NCBI GenBank assembly: GCA_965153285.1
Contig: OZ229111.1
Direction: 5' to 3' (one strand)
DNA: 64,000 bases
Source: Podarcis tiliguerta
Lineage: Eukaryota
How positions within the stretch are numbered: position 1 is the stretch's first letter; every line of letters starts with the position of its first letter. Shown here piece by piece: positions 25,301 through 35,100 of this stretch. Under the pieces are notes generated by a model that had not been told where the DNA came from, ran no database searches, and was given only the letters and a program-made list of their open reading frames with translations. A program made the translations under genes and the position numbers.

Positions 25301-25460
25301 AAAGAGGGGATCTGATGATAAAAAAAGTAGTGTGAAGTCCAGTAGTCGGGAAAAACAGAGTGAAGACACAAGCATGGACTCCAAGGATGGCGATGCTAAG
25401 AATGAGGTCAATGGGACCAGTGAAGACATTAAATCTGAAGGTGACACTCAGTCCAATTAA
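6786..25460 (+). CDS. LUC7L3: LUC7L3 (Luc7-like 3 / CROP, U1 snRNP-associated splicing factor), complete spliced CDS, 431 aa
   Basis: join(6786..6884,11046..11112,12813..12852,13052..13196,14741..14818,14916..15020,16192..16353,17774..18051,18897..19057,25300..25460) = 1296 nt; all introns GT-AG; two zinc fingers (VCKYYLCGFCP...CEKIH; CEVCGAFL...HLMGKQH), RE/RS domain, C-terminus DIKSEGDTQSN*. Confidence 0.97.
8640..9260 (+). mobile_element. Highly decayed L2-like LINE remnants (another remnant at ~33780-34060)
   Basis: CAATTCAGAGTGCTGGTTTTGACCTTTAAAGCC at ~8893-8925 closely matches L2 sequence at ~46452-46484. Confidence 0.55.
9710..9878. mobile_element. Tc1/mariner (Tc2/pogo-like) MITE
   Basis: 13-bp TIRs CCGTATTTTTTGC / GCAAAAAATACGG with TA duplication. 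Confidence 0.85.
10248..10402 (-). mobile_element. Old tRNA-derived SINE (related pieces ~24535-24900, ~35945-36310, ~41840-41995, ~50520-50600)
   Basis: GAACATAGGAAGCTGCCTTATACTGAGTCAGACCATTG motif and a reversed tRNA-like head (GAACCTGGAACC...CTGAGCTAC) recur in the window. Confidence 0.65.
10874..10940. repeat. Compound microsatellite (AGAT)n(AAAG)n(AG)n; other SSRs: (GA)n ~1507-1538, (CA)n ~11230-11249 and ~37293-37313, (CAG)n ~51546-51570, (AAT)n ~52096-52121 and ~53275-53302, (CTT)n ~57415-57433
   Basis: Directly visible simple repeats. Confidence 0.9.
11046..11112 (+). CDS. LUC7L3: LUC7L3 exon 2 (VCKYYLCGFCPAELFTNTRSDL)
   Basis: tcag|GTT acceptor and TAG|GTAAGT donor; 67 nt; zinc finger 1. 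Confidence 0.96.
12813..12852 (+). CDS. LUC7L3: LUC7L3 exon 3 (GPCEKIHDENLRKQ)
   Basis: tttctag|GT acceptor and ACA|GTGAGT donor; 40 nt. Confidence 0.95.
13052..13196 (+). CDS. LUC7L3: LUC7L3 exon 4 (YEKSSRFMKVGYERDFLRYLQSLLAEVERRIRRGHARLALSQTQQASG)
   Basis: tgtcag|G acceptor and GGT|GTAAGT donor; 145 nt. Confidence 0.95.
13517..13755 (+). mobile_element. tRNA-derived squamate SINE (Squam3-like)
   Basis: A-box-like TGGTGTAGTGGTTAAGAGC head; GGGTGACCTTGGGCCAGTCAC core; CTT-repeat tail. Confidence 0.8.
14741..14818 (+). CDS. LUC7L3: LUC7L3 exon 5 (QAAGPTGKNEEKIQVLTDKIDVLLQQ)
   Basis: atttag|CAA is the only acceptor in frame with the exon 4 donor at 13196; donor CAG|GTAATT; 78 nt. Confidence 0.92.
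14832..14885. repeat. Perfect 27-bp tandem duplication in LUC7L3 intron 5
   Basis: ATCATACAGAAATGTTTATAAAGTTGG x2. Confidence 0.95.
14916..15020 (+). CDS. LUC7L3: LUC7L3 exon 6 (IEELGSEGKVEEAQGMMKLVEQLKEERELLRSTTS)
   Basis: TACTAAC branch point at 14890-14896; attag|ATT acceptor; TCG|GTAAGT donor; 105 nt. Confidence 0.96.
15216..15415. mobile_element. Tigger-like MITE, same family as 53-296
   Basis: Shared internal motif GAAACCTGGAAGTAA...TACTTCCGGG; end AACCCAAGGTATGACTG followed by TA. Confidence 0.85.
16192..16353 (+). CDS. LUC7L3: LUC7L3 exon 7 (TIESFAAQEKQMEVCEVCGAFLIVGDAQSRVDDHLMGKQHMGYAKIKATVEELK)
   Basis: ttccag|ACA acceptor and AAA|GTATGT donor; 162 nt; zinc finger 2. Confidence 0.97.
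16601..16849. mobile_element. Ancient palindromic MITE with ~55-bp imperfect terminal inverted repeats
   Basis: ACTGACCTG...AGCCAAACCATGGCTAAGCGTGAGCAAGCA pairs with TGCTTGCTCATGTTTAGCTCTGGTTTGGCT...GGGCCAGT. Confidence 0.7.
17774..18051 (+). CDS. LUC7L3: LUC7L3 exon 8 (RE-rich coiled coil and start of the RS domain)
   Basis: tttttaag|GAA acceptor and CAG|GTACCT donor; 278 nt. Confidence 0.95.
18208..18411. mobile_element. Tigger-like MITE with one end eroded; same family as 54639-54880, opposite orientation
   Basis: Right TIR TAACCCGAGGTACCACTG+TA; internal sequence is the reverse complement of the 54.7-kb copy. Confidence 0.85.
18897..19057 (+). CDS. LUC7L3: LUC7L3 exon 9 (RS domain, SRDRRRSRSHDRSDRKHRSRSR...KSKEK)
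   Basis: tttttag|G acceptor and AAG|GTCAGT donor; 161 nt. Confidence 0.96.
22898..23261 (-). mobile_element. Full-length Sauria SINE (young)
   Basis: GGGACGCGGGTGGCGCTGTGGG head and (ACCTTT)n tail on the minus strand; 12-bp TSD TTGCATTAAATA at 22886-22897 and 23262-23273; many CpGs intact. Confidence 0.92.
25300..25460 (+). CDS. LUC7L3: LUC7L3 exon 10 coding part (KRGSDDKKSSVKSSSREKQSEDTSMDSKDGDAKNEVNGTSEDIKSEGDTQSN*)
   Basis: catggcag|AA acceptor; TAA at 25458-25460; matches the canonical LUC7L3 C-terminus. Confidence 0.95.
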
Positions 25461-25545
25461 AACTGATCTGATATGACCTCAGATCAGACAGAGGTAAGTG
25501 CATTATTTCAAACTTTGATTAGGGCTTTTTGTTACTGTTTAACAG

Positions 25546-25730
25546 TGCAGCGTAAGTATGTACAGATGAAGATGGAGCTAAGTCAACAAGTAAGAAGAGG
25601 TGCTAAAGCAACTTCTGAAGGAAAACACAGTGTAGTCCTGCAAAATCTTTTGAGGTACATTGTTTTGTATCGGCTATTTTGTAGCAGACTCATACCCCCA
25701 TTAGTGTGCCTCTTGGGAACATATTTGTAA
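25546..25730 (+). CDS. LUC7L3: LUC7L3 alternative C-terminal coding exon (VQRKYVQMKMELSQQVRRGAKATSEGKHSVVLQNLLRYIVLYRLFCSRLIPPLVCLLGTYL*)
   Basis: Internal donor GAAG|GTGACA after 25440 joined to tttaacag|TG at 25546 keeps the frame (105-nt intron). From memory, the peptide resembles a long mammalian LUC7L3 isoform tail; needs BLAST confirmation. Confidence 0.75.
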
Positions 25731-25893
25731 TCTAGTCCCTTAGAAGTTAATTATCCTATTTTTTATTTTTAGGGGATTTATTATCTTTTTTAACAATTTG
25801 AACTGATTTTGTAATTAAGTCCATATTGTGTTGGTGCATCAGAAACATTTGCTTTAATACTTAATATTAGAGGCACATGTTGGACTATTTTGT

Positions 25894-26183
25894 NNNNNNN
25901 NNNNNNNNNNNNNNNNNNNNNNNNNNNNNNNNNNNNNNNNNNNNNNNNNNNNNNNNNNNNNNNNNNNNNNNNNNNNNNNNNNNNNNNNNNNNNNNNNNNN
26001 NNNNNNNNNNNNNNNNNNNNNNNNNNNNNNNNNNNNNNNNNNNNNNNNNNNNNNNNNNNNNNNNNNNNNNNNNNNNNNNNNNNNNNNNNNNNNNNNNNNN
26101 NNNNNNNNNNNNNNNNNNNNNNNNNNNNNNNNNNNNNNNNNNNNNNNNNNNNNNNNNNNNNNNNNNNNNNNNNNNNNNNNNNN
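25894..26183. other. Assembly gap (290 N) inside the LUC7L3 3' region
   Basis: Run of N. Confidence 1.
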
Positions 26184-27135
26184 AATCTTTAAGCTTACTG
26201 TTGTGTGTTTTATTTACAAAAAGTGAAAAGGAATCTTTGTGCATATATTGTGAAACTGTTAACCTGATATTAACTTGATTGGAATTTTCTTTCAACTGTG
26301 TGTAGGGATGCAGTGCTGCCCAGAATTAGATATCTTTATTAAATGCAATAAATACTACATAGTAATCGCCTTGTAACATTCAATGCATTTCAAGTCTTTA
26401 AGAGGTATGTGTTTATAATTTCCTACTGCGTAGGAGAATTGCCAGGCAGCCATGGCACACAGCAGCATATACTGGCTGATACCAGACTTGGGAGGCAAAT
26501 GAAAATAAAGGCCAATGTCAGAAACACCCAATAGGTATATATAAATGGCAAGAATGTATATAACCACATTGTTAGTTAATTGAAGCTAATCTTATACATA
26601 AATAATTGCCCCGTCTTGACCTGTGATCTCTCAGGGTTATTCCTTAAGTAAGGAATAAACCCAAATAAAACCAGCTGATTGATTGATTTCCTTGCAACAT
26701 AGTTAATATAGTTTCAGCTTATCTTCTAAGAACCCCTAACCAATTACAGTGCAGGCCTATGCATGCTTATTCAGAAGTAGGTTCCACTGTGTTCATTGGG
26801 GCTTGCTTCCAAGTAAATGTGCATAGGATTTAAGCCATGCAGTGCAATCCTCTGAGCGCTAATGTTGCACACCCTTCATTCGTTTCAGTGGTACTTGCAT
26901 TTGACCTCTGTGCAAGCCCTGTTGGAATACATGGCTTCCCAACAACAGTGGTTGGTGAATTGTGACGTCATGTTTGTCCTTAACTGTCCAATACACAGGG
27001 GTGTTAGGTGTAATTTTTATGAGATGATTTTGAAGAGTTAAGCGGGCAGCAAGCAGACGCTGTTTAGGAATGGCAAATGAAAGTAATCTTTGTTCCCGCT
27101 ATCTGACTCTCTTTTCCCAACGTTTTGCGTTATAG

Positions 27136-27266
27136 GACAACCACGTGACAAGTCTGCGAAGAAGCCTGAAGACTGCTTAATACGAAGATCTGCTTTAAAA
27201 TGAGGTGAAAGAAAGCTGTAGTGGCATAGAAAAAAAATAAAGTTCAGTTAGATTTTTTAAAATAAA
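27136..27266 (+). other. LUC7L3: LUC7L3 putative distal alternative terminal exon
   Basis: ctgact branch-like motif, pyrimidine tract and ttatag|GAC acceptor; gives ...LLRTTT* from the 25654 donor or a ~22-aa tail from phase-1 donors; AATAAA at 27236-27241 and 27261-27266. Confidence 0.65.
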
Positions 27267-28254
27267 AATTAATTCAGGACTGTTGTGACCTCTCAAAATG
27301 CAGAGAGAAGTTAATAAGCAAACATGCTACTGAGAATTTTAAGTCCTGTTATCATTTTTTTCCTATAAGACTTTTAAGGTGATAAACCAACATAACCTGA
27401 ACACATGGCTTGCTCAGTGTTTAATTGCAAGTTTTCATTCTTGAACTTTGAAACACAAGGATAAATGTTTAGTATTTTGTGTGACTCCAACTAAAATAAA
27501 CCCCATTTTTACAACAAAGCTATACCTGGCTTCTTGATATACCCTAATGGAAATACGGTATCTATGACTTTCTGTTACACATTTGATTGTCATTGAGTGT
27601 TTAATATTAAATAGACTTCTTTCCAAATAAATCAAATGTGTTCAAGTTCATTCTTGTCTATCCCCATGCCCCCACCCCAGATCAAAATGGGAGGTTGGGG
27701 TATTTCTCTTATCAAAATTTACATAACCAATTTCTGTCCCAGTAGTTTCCATAGCTTTTTAAAAAGTGTAAATAAAGATAAAGAGGTAACACTGCAATTT
27801 TCATGTGATTGTGTTCTTTCTTGGATATGCGCTAAGATACATAGTGAAAGTATAAAAATATTTGTATTTGTTGGCAAAGGCAGACGTGCATAATATTTGA
27901 CAGAAGCAAAGTATCAGGTTAGAAGCAAGAATAGGAACAGAAGACCATATGATCCGATACGCCACACATTTTATGTAACACCCCACTTGTATACAGGAAA
28001 GCATGTAGAACGCATTGTCAGCCATAGGAACCAGACAAAAGGAAACTAATAACCTTGTCACAGTATTTCTCTATGTAATCCAGTCAACCTTCAGTAGATG
28101 AGGGCCTACATCAACTGTTAGAAAACATGTTGGCAAATGCACACAGCTTCGTGACAGGTGAATTATGAGGTGGTGCCGCAAGGCCTAAAGCAGAATTTTA
28201 ATTAACAACCACTTTAAAACTCTTGGCTACCCTGTTACAAGTTGATAGTGCAAA

Positions 28255-28260
28255 AATAAA
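28255..28260 (+). terminator. Candidate distal LUC7L3 polyadenylation signal (other AATAAA at 26347, 27236, 27261)
   Basis: AATAAA with GU-rich TATGTTGGTTTGGTTTG downstream at ~28321. Confidence 0.45.
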
Positions 28261-29024
28261 GCTGCCATTGAAAATTGTTCTTAGGTTCACAGGATAAAGC
28301 ATCACATAAATACATCATTTTATGTTGGTTTGGTTTGCATTACATACCTTTTTATATAAAACTACAAAAATAGTTTTCTAAATGCATAGATTTGCTTAGT
28401 TACCAGCATTGCTATATCATCTCTCAAACTATCGTAACTATGCAACAAGCAATATTCTAGAACAAAAGCTGGTAACAGGAAACACTTGTTTAAACCTGTT
28501 TCTCCATTGTTTATCTTCTCAAAACAATTCCGTTTTTACAGCATTATATCATAAAGAGCATAGGACAAGAAAACAGAATTTTTACTTATTCCTCAGTTCA
28601 TTTGTCTCTCTTACTGTAACACAGAGAAGGTACCTAGCAGTACTTTTTATATATTAAAAAAAAAAAGACCAGACGACAACACTAGTTTTTCTGTAGCAAT
28701 GTTGGCCTGACAACAATGTATAAAATATATTAACTCAATACATATCATTAGGTGCCAGACACCAGTTGACTGAGGGAACAATTGTGATTAGTTTCCCCCA
28801 CAAAACAGTTTCCCACTTGTGCTTGTTCATTGTATAGGCTACAAATGAGACTGCTGAAGTGCTTGAGCAATCCAAGAGCCATCTTTGAGATACCACCACT
28901 CAAGAAATATTAACCAAAGTTAAGAAAAATGCTGCATATAAAAATATTGAATAGTAAACACATCTTGGTTTAATTTTAACGAGTATAAGGTTTTTAGATA
29001 CCAACTTCCTAGAAGTCTTAAACT

Positions 29025-29168
29025 TCAGTATGTCAACTTTGCTGCTTTAGTGTTATAGCAGGGTCTTTCCATTAGTGTTGCTGAAGCATTTCTGAAAGGA
29101 GAACTGATGCTTCTCACCAAAACCAGCTCTAGCTCTTGAAAATCCTGAAGCCTGGCAACATCTTTATC
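29025..29168 (-). CDS. ANKRD40CL: ANKRD40-like exon 5 (DKDVARLQDFQELELVLVRSISSPFRNASATLMERPCYNTKAAKLTY*)
   Basis: ttcaag|GAT acceptor; TGA at 29027-29025; ends in KLTY* as ANKRD40 does. Confidence 0.93.
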   Translation of the reverse strand, partial: DKDVARLQDFQELELVLVRSISSPFRNASATLMERPCYNTKAAKLTY

Positions 29169-32100
29169 CTTGAATGAAAGACACAAATGTCATTAACTGA
29201 TGAGTTGCAGTAACTTTATAAAATCAGTTTAGCAAAGCAGGGTGATAAGATGTATTGAGATAACCAGATCAAATACATGTAAAGAACTACTTTTAAGTGT
29301 CTCCATTATGAAATAATATTCCTTGTGGCAAGTTGTTGAGTAGGAAGTCATTCCAACAAATCTACATTTATAATGCTAACTCACTTCATTCACAGAACTG
29401 CATTAGTATGGTGGGTTGCTAGAGTAATAGCCACAGCATGACCACTTAGTCATTACCATAGGAGGGAAGATATACCAGCTTTTATCTGATATAAACATCT
29501 TTGCTTGGATCTAGCATTTTTCTGAATGTGCTTGAGGAAGGTGGAGGGAGCCAAATCTTGCTGGTTCCTCTACAGCCCACTGTAAAGTGTCTTATCACTC
29601 TGTGTAGCTCAGTTGGTTAGAGCATGGTGCTGATAACACCCTATGGGACAGCTGTGTATTCCTGCATTGCAGGAGGCTGGACTAGATGATCCTTGGGGTA
29701 CCTTCCAACTATGATTCTATGGAAAGTTGGAAACTCCAACAAGCAGTGTAAAGGGCAAAGCAGGATAGGGATCAGAAACTGGAAACCAGCAAACAGCACT
29801 ACTTCAGCAGGAGTAGTGTTACATAAAAGAGACATTCTGGATACAACCCCTTGTAAATCTAAAAATGTTTGGCTGTATCCAACAAAGTTGTCCCATTGGC
29901 ACAGGGATTCTACTTGCACAATGAAACTACCCCTCTCTTCCCCCATGCACCCCAAAATCTGCTCTGCGGGTTCCCCTAACCCTCCAGAGCAGATTTTCAG
30001 GAGCATAGTGAGAAAAGAGGAAGTTCTGTTGCACAAAAGGCAGAGTAAAAGCCTCTGCAGGGTCAACTACACCAGCACTGAGAATGTGCTGGCAAAGCAG
30101 CACCCAGCAGGACTGAAGACAGCATCATCTTAGAACCCTAATTAAACATTGGGGCTGGCTCCATAATCTAGGGCCTGGTTCTGGATCAGGTCAGCCCCAG
30201 AACAACCTGCGGCTGATCTAGCGCCAGATCAGATGAGGGGGAGGTGTGCACAGCCCTAATTAAAAAGAAGCACCCATTATTCTTCAATTAGTCCCCTAAA
30301 ACTCCATATCAGGGTACTCAGCCACTGGATAAATGACTGAATATGCTAAGTGCTTTGACCATTTAAAAGACATGCTGCAAGTATTATACTTTATCTTGTT
30401 TATGCTAGGTTTTATGTGCAACACATTATCTGTACAACCAAGAAACAAAGATTCTCCCACCTCCTCTTTTAAGTGGTACATACAGTCCAGCAAGAAACTG
30501 CATTAAGGTTCTGTAAATTGCATATGTTATTAGAGCCAAACTCTGCATTCTGTTCACTGCTTGAGAGCAGGCTGGCTCTGCATGTTAAAAATTCTGAAGG
30601 CTCCCATACCCAAAGGCAGAGTGACTTGCAGAGAGGTTCAGCTACACCCACAGGATTGCAGGAGCCACGGCTGCCTTTCTCCATCAGTTGCTTATCTCTG
30701 CTTAGCAGCTACTTTGCCCTAAGGCCGAAGAACTGGGAAGGAGAAGAGGCAAATTTAGTCACTAAGGGTCAAAGAACACCTATGCTAGAGACTGCCTGCT
30801 GCCTAAAATTACCAGAAGAAACTAGCAGATAGTTGCCTGTACAAAGCATTATCTCAGGCTACTTTTAAAATTGACCATGTTCTGTTTTGGACACAGATTT
30901 ATTCTAACATCACTGGTAAGAGTGTCAACATAGGAATACTTGAAGGAAAATGATGGTCCTTACCTTTCTTATCAGTGTATTCGGTAGCTTTCTAACCTTT
31001 TCCACTTGTTCAGGATTAATGCCCAATTCATGGCAACTCACTCTGAGCAAATCTTGGTAAGTCAGTTCTTGTCTGTCCAGTTCAATTTCAATGAAGTCAT
31101 TCTCTTTAGGGTTCTGAACTCTTACTTTAAGTACCAGTTCTATATGCGGAGAGGAAAGAGTATTTTGAAATTAAATCATCGCCAAAATGCAGAGAAACGG
31201 AAATGACAGCCACAAACCCAAATATATATCCTTGGAAATATACCCTACAAATGTTAACAGATGTTTACTAGACCACAGCCTTTATCATTTGTATTTGCTC
31301 TTTGTTTGCACAGACTCAAGAGAAGCCAGTGTAAGTCAGTAGCAGCAAACTCCCAGTCTAAAGCAGTGGGGCTCTGTCATGAACTCTGCTGTGTTGTGTG
31401 GCCACAGATTCTCAGATACATGCATAAGTAATGACTGAATAATAAAGTTGAGAAGTTTAAGGTTGAGAAGAGAACAAACACGAAGAACAACAAGCTATGG
31501 CAATGTTGCTACAGGCAACTGTAGCAAAAAAGTCTACCAGTATGCACACACATGCACTGCAGACAAACAGCCCCGGTCCAATAAAATTACTCAAGGAGAT
31601 CAGTAAGTGTAGAGTACAATGAAGAAGCAAGTGGAGTGGAGGGCTGTGACAGCTGTATAAAGCTATTAAGGGACTAAAGGTGGAAAAGTGATTCACAGGC
31701 TACTGCCACAAAGAGATGAGCTCTTCAGCTGTCCACCTTGTCTTCTTACCCATCTCATTCTCTTGCTTAGTAGTGGCTGCTTGGTCTTCACACTGATATT
31801 TCCAGCATCTGATTAGTACCAAGTGTACTTTAAACAAAATATCTGCATCTGCAGATTTAATGAAACCCTAAAGTTAATGATTCTCTACACTTAAGCAATT
31901 AAATGTGAAAGCTGATCAGCTTTTTCATGCATAGAGGATAGGCGTGATTTAGTTTTATGGTTGAAGCTAAGTAGGTGGAAGACGGCCTAGGCTCCACGTA
32001 TAAGTTGCTCTGGGCTCAGAAGAAGAGCAGGGCACAAATGAAACATCATAAATAATGCCTCAATCCTAATTTTATATGTGCTAGAGTTAACCATCAAAAG

Positions 32101-35100
32101 CAGATTAACGTACTGCTTTGAAATGTTACATTCCAACAATTAAGCCAGTGTAAGTCTCATTCTTGACACCTGCACACCAATCTGAAGTCTGGGCACATGT
32201 TTTTCAGTAGCAGTTGTGTAGTTTGGAAGAGCTGCCCATTTCCTTCATTGCAATGTCACCGTTTCCTTCAACCCATTGACTCCAACCAACAATTCTGCTA
32301 TTATTCCAGGAAGATTTCCAAATAACTGAGATACAACAACTACTTCCTCAAAAGTTCATTTCCCTCGTGAACACTGATCTGTGACAACCTATGATCATAT
32401 TACACAGAAGCATGACGACACAAAACTGATCCCGGTCATGTGGCAATTAAGAGAAAATGCCCTATCTTGACAAAGCTCTACCAACTCTTTAAGGAAAGAA
32501 AAAGAAGAAAAGGTTCTTAAAGCAGATATGAAGCACTAAAGGTAGTTACTGTCTACTGGAGACACATGCACTGTCTCCAGCTATGCAGTAAAAGCATTAC
32601 AATGGAAAAATACTCTTCAGTACCTTGCATATTATATGAAAAAGTTCCTGTGAGAAGCAGCGGCTGTAAGGGTGGTGCAGTGCCCATACAGCAGCCATTT
32701 GCTTGCTGAGGTACATGTTGTCTAGGTACAGTTGAGGTCAAGAGAGCTCTGTTGTGAGATGTAGATGAGGGATAAACAGGGCAGCTCTGGACTCGAGGAA
32801 TTGTGCATTCTCCTGAGCTGATGGGAGAAGGAAGCTCCCCTTCGTGCAGGTCTTCAGAAAGTTCAGTTTCAGCGTGCAAGGAAATGGGTGTGCAAGTATT
32901 TTCAAGCTGAGTGGCTGATAAACAAGGGCTAGGTTCACTCTCAGATAAATAAGAGACGGCAGTGCTGTTGTCCTCAGGTGGTGCTAAGAGATGAGGGGCA
33001 TTGTCCTTTTTTTGATAGTCAACACAAGGGAATGACGGGTTTGTCAGAGAGTCTCCAGCATTTGACAGCTTTAAGTCATTCACTTCTTGATTGTCACATT
33101 CTTCCACTTCAACGGGGACGGGGTGGGAAGGAAAAATAGAATCTTTTAATAATTTAATCCATTTTAAATAATGGCAAGCAGAATTCTAATGCCACCCAGA
33201 ACATCTGCCAAATAGATATATTTAAAATCATAAACGGCTAGTTTTTAGCTAAAAGAAAGCAAACTTATTTCAGAGTAGAATTAAGTATGGCAAAAAAAAT
33301 ATAGAATCAATCCAGAGAGTTGGATTAGCAAATCTTTGGCTCATGGAAGAAACATTTTATTTACTTATTGGAATTGGTAAGTGAAAAGATGTGTGCACAC
33401 ACATACAGGCCAAAGCTGCATTGCTGAAGAAACACTCTTTAATCTGTAACCCAGCTTTAATTTGATGTTCTGGGAGGCTATACTTTTCTGGAGTGTATTG
33501 GAGAAGGAACATTTTTAGGTTCCCAGTGTACTCTGCTTGACCATCTGTCCAAATTCCTAGAAGCCACCATGACCAAAGGAATGGAATCTAAGTATTACAG
33601 AATCTGACTGGCACAACAGCTCTCTCATTTAATTGAACAGCTTGTGCAAAACTATTTTAAAATTATTCTGATCCTATGTACAGTTACTCAGAAAGAAGTC
33701 CAAAAAAGGACAAGGGGATTACTCCAAACTCCTATATCAGCCAGCTCCCCAATTACAGTCAGGTCAGTAAGCTCAGGTCATAATTCTACCTTTGTTTTAG
33801 ATGAGGCAAGCAGTAAGGAGCAAAGCTTTCACTGCCATAGCTCTCAGGCTTTGGGATGCCCTGCCTAAGGTACAGAGCAAGCCTTTGCTGTTGCTGGGAT
33901 TTCCCAGAGGATGAAAAACTTGTTTTGTTCCCTGACTTTTAGCTGATGTGACTAGTTCTGTTTTACATTTAAAGCTGTTTTAATTTCTGTGACATTAAAA
34001 TTGTTGTTAACATCTTTAAGCCTCATAGGAAAACGGCCTATAAAAGCTTAAAACAAATAAAATTAAAACTGCAGCCTCAGTTTCTCTAGCCCACAAACAG
34101 CCTCACACAATATTCTGCCTGTAACTATAGCAGCGGTTCTCACACTGTGTTCCTAGGAAGTCTTGTCTTCCTTGGGAGCTTATCAGGGACTGATGAAAAC
34201 ATCAGAGATGGCAGATAACTTGTCTGAAAAATGCAGTGCATCTAATACATTACATTAGTTCATAGTATATTTTTGGAAAGACAAATTCAGTATGTCGAGT
34301 ATACCTCCCAGAAGCTTTCTGATTTCTTTCTTTGAAGTCAAATGTGCTGCCAGCTCTCCATTAACTGTGAAAATCTCCTTATCTGCTCGAGAATCCAGCA
34401 GGTAAGAAACCACTTGGGTATGATTCCTCTTGCAAGCCCAGTGCAAACATGTCCTGTAAAAGTTAAACATATTTGTTAGCAAGCATTTGTAAAGTTATTA
34501 TTCTGAAAGTCACTGTTTTGTGTCATTAAATGTCTGCATGATGTGTACCATCAGAGCTGTTAAAAAAAAATGCTCAAATTTGTCAGAGATGAAACCTTGT
34601 CTATTGATCCAGACAAAGTTAGTTGTACTTATTTTCCACATACCTCAATATAATTCAAGTCATGACCAATTTCTTCCATTGATTACAATGGGACCTAAGT
34701 TCAACTAAAACCTAGTCTGAATCCAATCTGTTACTACTATGCAAGAATGAAAGCTTTGTGACCAGGCTGAGGTTTGTTTTCTGTTGTAAATCAACAGGCC
34801 CAATTTAACTGTGCAGTCAAAGCTTGCTTATTGCGCTAGCATTCAACACTATAAGCTGGAGAGGGAAATAATAATGTTTAAGCTAAATGACAGTTAATGT
34901 TTAAGCTAACTGATGCTCATAAAGGTACAGTTGTCCTTGATGCACATACATGCTTCTTTTGTTTCATTGGTTTTATTTGCACATCACAGGAAAAGCAACC
35001 TGAAGGGTTTGCACCCATGGCACTTGCTCAAAATTCCAAGGCCCAAAAGTATTGTCTGTTTTCAGTATCAAATTCAACCCCAGTATCTCTCACACTGGGT

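Noticed and set aside
25877-26295. ORFs made of X residues
   Set aside because: Artefacts of the 290-N gap.
29603-29645. tRNA-like sequence (also ~61828 and ~13517)
   Set aside because: Incomplete cloverleaf fused to repeat bodies or CR1-type tails; these are SINE heads, not tRNA genes.
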